A stretch of 64,000 nucleotides of DNA, taken from a bacterium (GTDB lineage: Bacteria > Zhuqueibacterota > Zhuqueibacteria > Residuimicrobiales > Residuimicrobiaceae). The first letter of the stretch is position 1. Each line of letters starts with the position of its first letter. This document shows, in pieces, positions 9,639-19,094 of the stretch. The DNA lies in contig JAKQNR010000011.1 of assembly GCA_029565685.1 (NCBI GenBank), positions 81,962 through 145,961 of the forward strand, given 5' to 3'. The notes beneath the pieces are model-generated. The model was not told the DNA's origin and ran no database searches. It saw only the letters and a list, made by a program, of their open reading frames with translations. Position numbers and translations under genes: made by a program.

Positions 9639-10688
9639 ATGGGCACCGCAAAAAAATTATCCTTTCTGGATCGCTACTTGACGATCTGGATTTTTCTAAC
9701 CATGATCGCCGGCGTCTTGGCCGGCTATTTTTCGCCCTCCATCACCGGTTTTTGGGATCAGTTTAAATCCGGCACCACCAACATCCCCATCGCCGTGGGC
9801 TTGATCCTGATGATGTATCCACCGCTGGCCAAAGTGCGCTATGAGGAATTGGGCAAGGTATTCCGCAATTATAAAGTGCTGGCGCTTTCACTGGTGCAGA
9901 ATTGGGTGGTCGGCCCTGTTCTGATGTTCTTGCTGGCGATCGTTTTTCTTCGCAGCTACCCCGAATACATGGTGGGGCTCATTCTGATCGGACTGGCCCG
10001 CTGCATCGCCATGGTCATCGTCTGGAACGAATTGGCTCAGGGCGATACCGAGTATTGTGCCGGTCTGGTGGCGCTCAACTCGATCTTTCAGGTGTTTTTC
10101 TATTCGATCTATGCCTGGATTTTCATCACCGTGTTGCCGACTCTAGTCGGCCTGAAAGGGATGGAGGTTCACATCACCATCGGGCAGATCGCCAAAAGTG
10201 TGTTCATCTATCTGGGCATTCCATTTCTCGCCGGCCTGTTCACTCGCTTTATTCTCATTCGCATGAAAGATAAAAAATGGTATCATGAGCGGTTCATCCC
10301 CAAAATCAGTCCGTTGACGCTGATAGCCCTGTTGTTCACTATTTTCGTCATGTTCTCGCTCAAGGGCGATTACATCGTCCGGCTGCCGTTGGATGTGCTG
10401 CGCATCGCGGTTCCGCTGATGATCTATTTTATCGTGATGTTTCTTATTTCTTTCTATATGAGTCATCGCGCCGGCGCCGGCTATGGTCAATCGACTACGC
10501 TGTCCTTCACCGCCTCCAGCAATAATTTCGAGCTGGCCATCGCCGTCGCCATTGCGGTGTTCGGCATCAACAGCGGTGAAGCGTTTGCAGCAGTCATTGG
10601 TCCGTTGGTGGAAGTGCCGGTGCTGATCGGATTAGTCAATGTCGCACTGCGAATTAAACAAAAATACTATAAAGGAGATGCCCGATGA
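9639..10688 (+). CDS. acr3: ACR3-family arsenite efflux transporter
   Basis: The N-terminus [25 protein letters not shown] is characteristic of ACR3. The protein has about 10 TM helices and is 349 aa. Confidence 0.85.
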   Translation: MGTAKKLSFLDRYLTIWIFLTMIAGVLAGYFSPSITGFWDQFKSGTTNIPIAVGLILMMYPPLAKVRYEELGKVFRNYKVLALSLVQNWVVGPVLMFLLAIVFLRSYPEYMVGLILIGLARCIAMVIVWNELAQGDTEYCAGLVALNSIFQVFFYSIYAWIFITVLPTLVGLKGMEVHITIGQIAKSVFIYLGIPFLAGLFTRFILIRMKDKKWYHERFIPKISPLTLIALLFTIFVMFSLKGDYIVRLPLDVLRIAVPLMIYFIVMFLISFYMSHRAGAGYGQSTTLSFTASSNNFELAIAVAIAVFGINSGEAFAAVIGPLVEVPVLIGLVNVALRIKQKYYKGDAR

Positions 10689-10921
10689 TCGTGCAGGTAT
10701 TAGGAATGGGTTGCGCAAAATGCAATACCCTGGAAGCCAAAGTAAAAGAAGTGGCTGAAAAAAACAACATCGAGTTCGTTTTCGAAAAAGTGACCGATTT
10801 TAAAAAAATCATGGACTATAAGGTGATGATGACCCCCGCCCTGGTGGTGGATGGGGTCGTCAAATGTTACGGCCGCATTCCCAAAGAGGACGAGTTGCTC
10901 AAATGGCTTAAAGGAGAATAG
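10685..10921 (+). CDS. Small cytoplasmic thioredoxin-fold protein (redox-active disulfide protein 2-like)
   Basis: The 78-aa protein has a CxxC in MGCAKCNT near the N-terminus. Proteins of this type are common in ars operons. Confidence 0.65.
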   Translation: MIVQVLGMGCAKCNTLEAKVKEVAEKNNIEFVFEKVTDFKKIMDYKVMMTPALVVDGVVKCYGRIPKEDELLKWLKGE

Positions 10922-10922
10922 A

Positions 10923-11339
10923 ATGAAACGAAGCGCCCTCATTGTCATCTTGTTATGCATCCACTCAATTTGGGGCTGCGAAAGCGGCGGTTCCAGTGAT
11001 TCGGTCGCTCAAGGCAAGAAAGATTCCAGTCAGGTCAAGGTAACTTTTGTCGAATTGGGCTCGGTTAACTGTATTCCCTGCAAAGCGATGCAGCCGGTGA
11101 TGAAAGCGATCGAGGACAAGTACGGCGACCAAATCAAGATCGTTTTTTACGATGTCTGGAAACCGGATCAGAAAAAATACGCCCAGCAATACAAAATTCG
11201 CCTCATCCCTACTCAGATATTCCTCGATGCAAAAGGCCGGGAGATCTTTCGCCATGAAGGCTTTTTCCCTGAAGCGGAAATTGATAAATTGCTGCAATCC
11301 CATGGCCTGAAACCCGTTAAAAAGGAAAACAAGACGTGA
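10923..11339 (+). CDS. Exported thioredoxin-family protein (TlpA/ResA-like), probable lipoprotein
   Basis: The start is ATG 10923, preceded by an AAAGGAG RBS. A signal peptide with lipobox-like IWGC is followed by a thioredoxin fold with the CIPC active site. Confidence 0.65.
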   Translation: MKRSALIVILLCIHSIWGCESGGSSDSVAQGKKDSSQVKVTFVELGSVNCIPCKAMQPVMKAIEDKYGDQIKIVFYDVWKPDQKKYAQQYKIRLIPTQIFLDAKGREIFRHEGFFPEAEIDKLLQSHGLKPVKKENKT

Positions 11340-12043
11340 TCGACAGTCTGTTCAGTTATCTCAGCGGGCTCATGGCGTCCAGTTTTTCTCTGGCCTTGTT
11401 GGCGGCTCTGGTATGGGGGGTAATGAGTATTTTACTCAGCCCCTGCCATCTCTCCAGCATCCCGCTGATCATCGGCTATATCACCAGCCGTGAGAGCAGG
11501 AGCGCGCGGCACTCTTTTGCTCTGGCTTTGGTTTTCGCTTTGGGCATCCTTCTCACCATCGCGCTGGTGGGCATTGTCACTGCCTCTTTGGGCCGGTTGA
11601 TCGGCGATGTGGGCATCTGGGGCAATATCCTCGTCGCTGCTATTTTCATCGTCATGGGACTCTATCTGCTGGATGTGATTTCCCTGAATTGGAACAGTCT
11701 GCCGGCATCCTCCAGTAAATCCGGGTATTGGGGCGCCTTTGGATTGGGTTTGATCTTTGGTATCGGACTCGGTCCTTGCACCTTTGCCTATTTAGCCCCT
11801 GTGCTGGGCATTGTCTTCAGCCTGGCGCAGAGCGGCTGGCTCAAGCCCGTTCTGCTTATTCTTGCTTTTGCGATCGGTCATTGTGCGGTCATCGCACTGG
11901 CCGGCGGATTGGGCCAATGGGTGCAAGACTATTTGAATTGGAGTTCACAATCGCGAGCCGCCGGGCTTGTCAAAAAGATCGCGGGCGTATTGGTATTGTT
12001 GGGCGGAGTCTATTTCATATTTACTGCATTTGTGCAAAGATAG
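11336..12043 (+). CDS. ccdA: CcdA/DsbD-family transmembrane thiol-disulfide electron transporter
   Basis: There are six hydrophobic helices. Conserved cysteines sit in TM1 (LSPCHLSSIP) and TM4 (GLGPCTFAY). The GTG start overlaps the previous stop. Confidence 0.7.
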   Translation: MIDSLFSYLSGLMASSFSLALLAALVWGVMSILLSPCHLSSIPLIIGYITSRESRSARHSFALALVFALGILLTIALVGIVTASLGRLIGDVGIWGNILVAAIFIVMGLYLLDVISLNWNSLPASSSKSGYWGAFGLGLIFGIGLGPCTFAYLAPVLGIVFSLAQSGWLKPVLLILAFAIGHCAVIALAGGLGQWVQDYLNWSSQSRAAGLVKKIAGVLVLLGGVYFIFTAFVQR

Positions 12044-12075
12044 AACAGAATTAAAATAGACGGAGAAAAAAATAG

Positions 12076-12447
12076 ATGGCTGAGACTATGATCGGCATTG
12101 TCGCCTGCTCCGGCGCCTCCAATACCGGACATTATTCCGACATCGTGGCGCGCAAACTGGTAAAATCAGGCAAGGCCAGGATGCTGTGTCTTGCCCGGTT
12201 CGCTGTTGATGAGGATTTCGCCGAGAAATCAAAATTGGAATTTACTGATCTGGTGGTTCTGGATGGCTGTCCCATCAATTGCGCTGAAAAAATACTTCAG
12301 CAACGCGGGATTGCTCAATTTCAGCATATCAATACCACCGATTTCGGCATCATCAAGGGTCAGACGCCCGTCACGGAGCAAAAAGTCGATGAGATAGTCG
12401 AACACATCCGCTCCTCTGCCGCGATCAAAATGTCGCCGGAACAGTGA
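12076..12447 (+). CDS. DGC-domain putative zinc-binding protein
   Basis: It contains the motif VVLDGCPINCAEK and an N-terminal Cys. Small DGC proteins recur in ars islands. The call is made from motif memory only. Confidence 0.45.
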   Translation: MAETMIGIVACSGASNTGHYSDIVARKLVKSGKARMLCLARFAVDEDFAEKSKLEFTDLVVLDGCPINCAEKILQQRGIAQFQHINTTDFGIIKGQTPVTEQKVDEIVEHIRSSAAIKMSPEQ

Positions 12448-12631
12448 GATCTTAATGAAGATAATTCAGCATACGCCTGCTGCAAAATGGACTGGCCTAT
12501 TGCTTTCCACTGTGAAAATTTAAGTAAAAGGCGTAATGAAAGATATTTTAGAATGCAAGATTGCCAATCAGAAATGGCGTGCAACCATTCAACAGTGCAG
12601 CAAAGTAGATGCCGGAGGATAAGATCCTGCC

Positions 12632-13555
12632 ATGGAATCTAGCGATTTAGCCGCAGCCGATGAACACCAAGACCTCGCAAAAAGCCTCGGGGTTTCCATT
12701 CTTCTTAACGCTTTTATTTTTCTTGTAGAGCTTGTCGGCGGAATACTCACTAACAGTCTTGCTCTCATTTCCGACTCTTTCCATAATCTCAGCGATTTTT
12801 TCGCGTTAATATTGAGCTACCTGGCTTCAAAAGTTGTCCGGTGGAAATCAAATTCGGAAAAATCGTATGGCTATGTGCGAGTTGAAATCTTCGTCGCGTT
12901 CATCAACGCCATGGCGCTGATGCTGATCGGGATGTATGTTATTTATGAAGGAATCCGACGGTTTGCACATCCAGAGCCTATCGCAGGCGGTTGGATGCTT
13001 CTCATTGGCGTCATTGGTCTCGTTGTCAATACGGCGGCCACTCTCTTATTAAAGACACACGCGAGCCATGATCTCAATATGAAAAGCGCCTACCTGCATC
13101 TTCTTACCGATGCTCTCGAATCACTCGCGGTTGTCGTCGTTGCAGGATTTATAGCGTGGAAAGATTGGCGTCTGCTCGATCCGCTTATGTCACTGGCCAT
13201 CGGGTTGTTTATCATTAAAAGCGCGTGGAGCATCGTTGCGGAGACGGTCCACCTTCTGACCGAGGGAACCCCACGAGGGATCAATTTGGAGAAAGTAGCA
13301 GCATTTATCCAATCCTTTCCCGGAGTAGAGAATGTGCATCATCTGCATATTTGGGGATTATCGTCTCGAGTGCGGGCCTTAAGCGCTCACATTGTAGTGC
13401 GGGATCAATTGATCAGCAAAACAAATTTAATCAGCACCCAATTGGGAGAAGCGTTGGAACATCGCTTTGGCATTAATCATCCTACGCTTCAGTTTGAATC
13501 TTCGGTCTGTAAAGATCAGGGAGTGATCGTGGATATAAATCATACCGAGCGATAA
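12632..13555 (+). CDS. Cation diffusion facilitator (CDF/CzcD-like) metal efflux transporter
   Basis: There are six N-terminal TM helices with the HxxxD-type motifs FHNLSD and HLLTDA. A C-terminal cytoplasmic domain is present with HHLHIWG. Confidence 0.8.
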   Translation: MESSDLAAADEHQDLAKSLGVSILLNAFIFLVELVGGILTNSLALISDSFHNLSDFFALILSYLASKVVRWKSNSEKSYGYVRVEIFVAFINAMALMLIGMYVIYEGIRRFAHPEPIAGGWMLLIGVIGLVVNTAATLLLKTHASHDLNMKSAYLHLLTDALESLAVVVVAGFIAWKDWRLLDPLMSLAIGLFIIKSAWSIVAETVHLLTEGTPRGINLEKVAAFIQSFPGVENVHHLHIWGLSSRVRALSAHIVVRDQLISKTNLISTQLGEALEHRFGINHPTLQFESSVCKDQGVIVDINHTER

Positions 13556-13601
13556 AACAAGCTCGCTCAAAAAGTATTTTACTAAGGAAAGGGAAATTGC
13601 C

Positions 13602-14213
13602 ATGTTTACCATTCCAGAATGGACGTTTGAATTTCACGGACACCGTTGTCCTTTCATGCCTATCGGTTACAGGATGGGCGCATTGATGCTGAATACTCTT
13701 GAAGTGCCAAGAGCGCAGGATCATGACTATTTCATGTTTGCGGAGCTCGGCGTCGGCCATCCGCAAACTTGCATGATGGATGGGCTTCAGGCATCAACCG
13801 GATGCACCTATGGCAAGTTGATGATCGAACGGCAGAACTTTGGAAAACTTGCCGCGACACTCTGGGCGCCTGCGAAAGGCGGCGTCCGCATCGCCGTCAA
13901 ACCCGAATTTACAGATGCCCTCGGCGGTTATGAATTCTTCACCTTCAGAAAAAAAGGGGTCGAGCCATCGCAAATTCCGGAACCCGTTCGCCTCGAAGTG
14001 ATTCAAAAAGTACTCAGCGCACCAGACGACGAGATGTTCACGGTAAAGCTAATTCCCGACTTAAAACACAAAAAGATTTCCGGTTCGTTCAATAAAGGCA
14101 AGTGCGAAGTGTGCGGCGAATATGTCTTCGAGCGGTATCTTCGTAAAAAAGATGGAAAGCATGTCTGCATTCCTTGTTCCGGCCATGAACCTTCTGTTTA
14201 CGGACAGAAATAG
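13602..14213 (+). CDS. FmdE-family protein (copy 1)
   Basis: The N-terminal HGHRCPFMPIGYRMG motif and the C-terminal C-x2-C...C-x2-C knuckle CEVCGEY...CIPCSG match the FmdE/FwdE-like family. Confidence 0.65.
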   Translation: MFTIPEWTFEFHGHRCPFMPIGYRMGALMLNTLEVPRAQDHDYFMFAELGVGHPQTCMMDGLQASTGCTYGKLMIERQNFGKLAATLWAPAKGGVRIAVKPEFTDALGGYEFFTFRKKGVEPSQIPEPVRLEVIQKVLSAPDDEMFTVKLIPDLKHKKISGSFNKGKCEVCGEYVFERYLRKKDGKHVCIPCSGHEPSVYGQK

Positions 14214-14227
14214 AGGAGCCGGACAAA

Positions 14228-15007
14228 ATGGATATGAATTCAGCGCTTCTGTTGGCGATCTTTTTTTCGTTTCTGATTGCTTTTATATTCTCGATGTTTG
14301 GCCAGGGCGGAGGATCGGTTTACTCCCCATTGCTGATTCTGCTTGGCTACGCGGTGCTGATTTCTACTTCTACCTCTTTGGTGCTGAATCTCATCACATC
14401 GATATCCGCTGGTTATGTTTTTTACAAGAACAAGATGATTGACTTTAAAGCATCGTTCATGTTTGTACCAGGCATCGTTCTTGGCGCCTTCGTTGGAGGA
14501 GCGATATCAAAATATATTAATACCAATGTTTTATTATGGTTGTTCGTGTTTTTCCTGATTTTTCTGGGAGGGCGGATGATCTATGGCTATTGGGAAAAAG
14601 TGAAGGCGGAGGAGAAGCGTCCTAAAAACCTGTCCATGACCAGCTATGTGATTATTGTAATTTTCAGTCTTGGTGTTGGTATCGTTTCCGGCTTGTTAGG
14701 CGTCGGCGGCGGAATTTTGATCGTACCGTTTATGACCTATCTCCTCAAATATCCAACCAAGTTCGCAGCGGGTTCATCGCATCTGATTATATCCTTTTCA
14801 GCACTTGCAGGAATATTAGGTCATGCGACATCTCACCAGCTCGATTATCCCTTGATTGCTGCGACCGGTGTCGCCGTTCTTATAGGAGGAAATCTTGGCG
14901 CAAGATTCAGCCTGAGAGTAAAGCCCATGATGATAAAGCTAGGACTCGGTCTTTTAATGTGGGCGCTGTCCGCTCAGCTCCTGTTAAAACTATTAGGAAG
15001 ACTGTGA
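14228..15007 (+). CDS. TauE/SafE-family membrane transporter
   Basis: A duplicated 4-TM architecture carries Gly-rich motifs (GQGGGSVYSPLL, GVGGGILIVPF). Confidence 0.7.
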   Translation: MDMNSALLLAIFFSFLIAFIFSMFGQGGGSVYSPLLILLGYAVLISTSTSLVLNLITSISAGYVFYKNKMIDFKASFMFVPGIVLGAFVGGAISKYINTNVLLWLFVFFLIFLGGRMIYGYWEKVKAEEKRPKNLSMTSYVIIVIFSLGVGIVSGLLGVGGGILIVPFMTYLLKYPTKFAAGSSHLIISFSALAGILGHATSHQLDYPLIAATGVAVLIGGNLGARFSLRVKPMMIKLGLGLLMWALSAQLLLKLLGRL

Positions 15008-15122
15008 GTAATTGACGGCTTGGAGCCGGCTTGGGAGAGCAATTGAAGCGGTAAAAGATAAGCAGAGGTATACAGCAAGTTAACAAACAATATTCTAATT
15101 AAATAAGTTATGGAGTGCGTTC

Positions 15123-15725
15123 ATGATTGATCCACAAGAATGGTTGGATTTCGGGCAAAAATTTCATGGCCACAAGTGCCCCGCCATGCCCATGGGGTTG
15201 CGTGCGGCAGCTGCAGCCATGAATGCACTTGGCGTGGAAAGAACTGGCGACAGCGCCCTTTTGGCCTTAGTGGACCTTGGCGATGATCATTGCGCCACCT
15301 GCTATGGCGACGGAATTCAAGTGCTAACCGGATGCACTTTGGGCAAAGGAAATATCAAAAAGACCCATAAAGGCAAATGGGCTCTCACCTTGATCGACAA
15401 AAAGTCCAAGCGTGCCGTGCGCGTGACGCCGAAAGCAGAAGCGATGCTGGCTAACAAAGAATCCGCATTTTTCAAAGATTATCGCGAAAAGGGTGTTCCC
15501 CCCACAAAAGTCCCGGATGAGGTCGTGGAGCCTCTGGTTCAGCGGGTGATGAATGCACCGCAAGAGATGATTCTGATCGTCTCGGAAGTGCAACCCTATG
15601 TTCTGGAAGAACCACCCCATAGCTTTAACAGTTTTGTTTGCGAAAGCTGCGGTGAGATGGTGGTTGAAGAATATGCTCGCGTTCGATCCGGCAAAAAAGT
15701 TTGTATCGACTGCGCGCAGAAATAA
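15123..15725 (+). CDS. FmdE-family protein (copy 2)
   Basis: The motifs HGHKCPAMPMGLRAA and C-terminal CESCGEM...CIDCAQK identify it as a paralog of the 13602 gene. Confidence 0.65.
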   Translation: MIDPQEWLDFGQKFHGHKCPAMPMGLRAAAAAMNALGVERTGDSALLALVDLGDDHCATCYGDGIQVLTGCTLGKGNIKKTHKGKWALTLIDKKSKRAVRVTPKAEAMLANKESAFFKDYREKGVPPTKVPDEVVEPLVQRVMNAPQEMILIVSEVQPYVLEEPPHSFNSFVCESCGEMVVEEYARVRSGKKVCIDCAQK

Positions 15726-15726
15726 A

Positions 15727-15763
15727 GTGAAAAGCCGAGGTGAGTGCCTCGGCTTTTCACTTT
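15727..15763 (+). terminator. Rho-independent terminator
   Basis: A perfect 14-bp inverted repeat GTGAAAAGCCGAGG/CCTCGGCTTTTCAC with loop TGAGTG is followed by TTT. It lies directly after the FmdE stop. Confidence 0.6.
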
Positions 15764-16073
15764 CCCGCGCTCTTTTGAGGAGTCTAGATGTGATTGCGAA
15801 TGACTTTTCGGGCTGAATTTCGATCCCCCTTTTAGGCTTGGCGCAAACCGCTGTTTCTTTTCTAGTCTGTTCGGAAACATTCGTTATCGTATCAAAAAAG
15901 CAAAATGATAACGCTAGGAATTCTAGCGACTGCCGGTCCATCGGCACGCTTGATGACGTCATGCTGCTGCAGAGTTATCTTGGGGCTCACCAACTCAATG
16001 GAAGTCCCTTCAGGCAATTCGTTTTACTTCTGTAACACATTTAATATTAATAAAGCTAAGATAGGTATTCCCT

Positions 16074-17276
16074 ATGAAAATTCTCATTCTTTGTACCGGC
16101 AATTCCTGCCGCAGCCAGATGGCAGAGGGCTTGCTGCGGTCGTTTGATCCGGGGCTGGAGGTTTTTTCCGCTGGGACAGAGCCGGCAGCCGTTGTGCATC
16201 CATTGGCGATACAAGTGATGGCGGAGCTGGGCATTGATATCTCCCAGGCAAAGCCCAAACGAGCCGATCAATTTTTGCACGATGATTTTGATTATGTCAT
16301 AACCGTCTGCGATCACGCCAACGAAACCTGTCCGGTATTTCTGGGCCCGGTGCGGCATCGGCTTCATATCGGCTTTGAGGATCCGGCCAAAGTTACAGGC
16401 AGTAACGAGTTCATATTGGACGAGTTCCGCCGCATACGCGATGAAATCCGTGTCAAGTTTGACGACCTTTATCGCCAGCAGATTCGGAAGGAAATGACAA
16501 CGTGCGATAAATCTTTGGGTTTCATCGGCGCCGGCCGTGTGGCTCGAATCCTGCTGGAGGGGTTCAAGCGGGTGAACGGGCCGATGCAAGATATTTTCGT
16601 CAGCGATATCAATCCTAAAGTCATGACCGATCTGCAAAACAAATACCCCTACATCAAAACGACCGATAATCCGGCGGAGGTCGCCCGGCAGGACTATGTG
16701 TTTTTGGCACTGCATCCTCCAGCCATTCCGGCTGGAATGGAGGCAATCAAAAATGGTCTTAAAAAAGAGGCTGTGGTCATCTCGCTGGCGCCCAAAGTCA
16801 CGACTGAACGGTTGACGGCCGGACTGGACGGCTTTAATCGCATCGCCCGCTGGCTTCCTACTGCCGCAACATTTATTGGCAAAGGCTACAATCCTTGTTT
16901 TTATTCCCCCCATCTCTCATCTGCTGAACAGGCATCTCTAACAGCATTATTTTCCAGCGTAGGTGGATGCATAAGGGTCGCGGAAGATAAGATCGAAGCC
17001 TATGCCATGATTATCACCATGGGTCCGACCTATTTCTGGTTTCAGTGGCAACAATTGTTTGAATTGGGTAAAACCTTCGGTTTGTCCGAAGAAGAATTGA
17101 AATCAGGATTGCCGGCCATGCTGAAAGGAGCGATAGAGATATTCTATCATTCCGGGTTGACTCCTGAGCAAGTGAACGATCTCATTCCGGTCCGACCTCT
17201 GGCTGAAGACGAAGCGGCCTTCAAGGCCGCTTATCAAACCAGACTGACCGCCCTGTTTCATAAATTAAAGAAATAG
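16074..17276 (+). CDS. arsC: Fusion of a thioredoxin-coupled arsenate reductase (LMW-PTP family ArsC) with a pyrroline-5-carboxylate-reductase-like NAD(P)-binding domain
   Basis: The N-terminal ~140 aa carry the CX5R P-loop ILILCTGNSCRSQMAEG plus downstream Cys residues, as in Trx-type ArsC. The C-terminal ~260 aa carry the Rossmann motif LGFIGAGRVARILLEGF and align in order with ProC blocks (VVISLAPKVT; NRIARWLPTAATFIGKG; ITMGPTYFWF...). Confidence 0.6.
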   Translation: MKILILCTGNSCRSQMAEGLLRSFDPGLEVFSAGTEPAAVVHPLAIQVMAELGIDISQAKPKRADQFLHDDFDYVITVCDHANETCPVFLGPVRHRLHIGFEDPAKVTGSNEFILDEFRRIRDEIRVKFDDLYRQQIRKEMTTCDKSLGFIGAGRVARILLEGFKRVNGPMQDIFVSDINPKVMTDLQNKYPYIKTTDNPAEVARQDYVFLALHPPAIPAGMEAIKNGLKKEAVVISLAPKVTTERLTAGLDGFNRIARWLPTAATFIGKGYNPCFYSPHLSSAEQASLTALFSSVGGCIRVAEDKIEAYAMIITMGPTYFWFQWQQLFELGKTFGLSEEELKSGLPAMLKGAIEIFYHSGLTPEQVNDLIPVRPLAEDEAAFKAAYQTRLTALFHKLKK

Positions 17277-17331
17277 CGCAAAGGATATCGACACATTTAT
17301 AAAATGTTCAACAACAAAAGAGGAAAGACAA

Positions 17332-17742
17332 GTGGACGACTCCAGGGAATGGCGCTGGTTGAAAGGGGGGATCCTGACCTCTCTGTTATCGGTGGTCACC
17401 TATTTTATTTTTAGTGCGATCACGGAACGCCACGATGCCTTCGGCATTACAGCTGGATTCGGTTGCATGACCGCGGCATTCGGAAAGTTATTCACAGGAC
17501 TCTGCGACAATTCCGCCATCCTGAGATTTGGAAACCAGTTGAACGCCTTTATAGAGTTCTTTACGTTAATAGGATTGATTGTCGTCGGGTTCACGGCCAC
17601 AAAGCTTTCCAAAATGTTTTCTTTGGAATGGAATTCTGCTGCGTGGCAAAAATACCATGGGAATAGTGCTTTCAAAGCAGATAGGCGATCGGATGGGCAA
17701 TCTGCATCCGATCGTCATCACTTTATCCGGAGGGGGCGTTGA
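17332..17742 (+). CDS. Hypothetical small membrane protein
   Basis: There are two or three hydrophobic segments and no recognisable motif. The coding call rests only on the ORF and on spacing before the next gene. Confidence 0.2.
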   Translation: MDDSREWRWLKGGILTSLLSVVTYFIFSAITERHDAFGITAGFGCMTAAFGKLFTGLCDNSAILRFGNQLNAFIEFFTLIGLIVVGFTATKLSKMFSLEWNSAAWQKYHGNSAFKADRRSDGQSASDRHHFIRRGR

Positions 17743-19094
17743 TGCGATTTGTCCGGGCTGACATCTCGTTGCTTGTGTTATCCTTGCTGAACGCGTCCTT
17801 CGCACAAAACAGATCATCGGACTGGTCGGCCGATGGCAGTCTTCGATACCGTTTGGAAAAATATGAGGGTTATAATGCCAGGAATTACGGCGTTCAGGGT
17901 TCTGATGCATTGGGAGGGTTGGATGATGCCGTTCTTTTGCAGCGCCTGATTTTGGGTTTATCGGGACATGTCGGCCATCGGATGATGCTCGCCGTGCATC
18001 TTCAGGACAGCCGGGCTTTCGGCTGGTCTCTTCGCAACAGCCAAGAACCCGAAGCATTCCGCATGGGGGATAAGAGCGGAAAAAATTTTTACATCATGAA
18101 TCCACAGGAAGAGTTTTTTGAATTTCACGATGCCTATTTACAGATCTTAAATCCTTTTCCCCATGCGGTCCTGACGTTCGGCCGGCAAAAAATCTTTTGC
18201 GCAGATTATCGCATTTTCGGACCTGGAGACTGGGGCAACACCGGGCGCTGGACATGGGATGCGCTCCGAATACATTGGCAGCGGAATAATCTCTCTGCGG
18301 ATGCATGGGCCGGAGGCACTAAAACCCACGATCCGCAAAAAATTTCCTTTCCTTTTTTCCAGACAGAGTTTTTCGGCGGCGGCTTTTACGGCTCTTATAA
18401 GATAAAAGCCACCTCGGTTGATCTGTTCGCGGCTGTCAAGAAGCCTGGCAGCGCGGAGTATATAAAAAACCAAAGCTTTGCTCGCTATTGGTCCGGCCTC
18501 CGCCTTGACCATAGTGCGTCGCAGGGCGCCGTATACGAGGTCAGCTATACAAAAGGTTTTGGCGATCAAGCCCACAAGACGATCAACTCGTATGGTCTCT
18601 TTGCCAAGGCCGGTTGGTCGATTGGATCTTTGGCGTGGAGACCCGTAATAAGCGCGCGATATTCATATGCGAGTGGAGACGATCCCCGGACAAAAGCCCT
18701 CGAGAGTTTTGATCCGGTCTACGGCGCCGGCGACAAATATTATGGCTGGATGAATTTAGTCCAATGGAGCAATCTGGACGATCGGGAGATCATGCTGGAA
18801 CTTTTTCCTAATGCGGATGCCCGCATCGAAATTAAGTTTAATCGTTTTTCCGCGCCTCATTACGCGACCCCGGTCAATGGTACTTTGGTGATTCCTTCAG
18901 GCAAAAGTCGGTTGGGGGATGAAATGGATATTTTTGCTCGATATCCTATCTTTAAATCGCTCTATTGCACTCTGGCTTTCGGTTGGTTCATACCCCACGA
19001 AGCCCGGCTTATAAATGGCGGGATTCCAACGCAGGCGCTTTGGGGCGCTTGGCAAATGGAATATCGTTTTAGTCGACGGCTGAACTGTTTTTAG
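17739..19094 (+). CDS. Outer-membrane beta-barrel, alginate-export (AlgE-like) family candidate
   Basis: A signal peptide ending SFAQ is present. The alternating aromatic-rich pattern, the SLRYRLEKYEG motif and the C-terminal Phe suggest a porin of the alginate-export type. Confidence 0.4.
   Translation: MMRFVRADISLLVLSLLNASFAQNRSSDWSADGSLRYRLEKYEGYNARNYGVQGSDALGGLDDAVLLQRLILGLSGHVGHRMMLAVHLQDSRAFGWSLRNSQEPEAFRMGDKSGKNFYIMNPQEEFFEFHDAYLQILNPFPHAVLTFGRQKIFCADYRIFGPGDWGNTGRWTWDALRIHWQRNNLSADAWAGGTKTHDPQKISFPFFQTEFFGGGFYGSYKIKATSVDLFAAVKKPGSAEYIKNQSFARYWSGLRLDHSASQGAVYEVSYTKGFGDQAHKTINSYGLFAKAGWSIGSLAWRPVISARYSYASGDDPRTKALESFDPVYGAGDKYYGWMNLVQWSNLDDREIMLELFPNADARIEIKFNRFSAPHYATPVNGTLVIPSGKSRLGDEMDIFARYPIFKSLYCTLAFGWFIPHEARLINGGIPTQALWGAWQMEYRFSRRLNCF

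Noticed and set aside
16056-16913. 285-aa minus-strand ORF
   Set aside because: It is antisense to the ArsC-P5CR fusion gene, which has a clear P-loop and Rossmann motifs.
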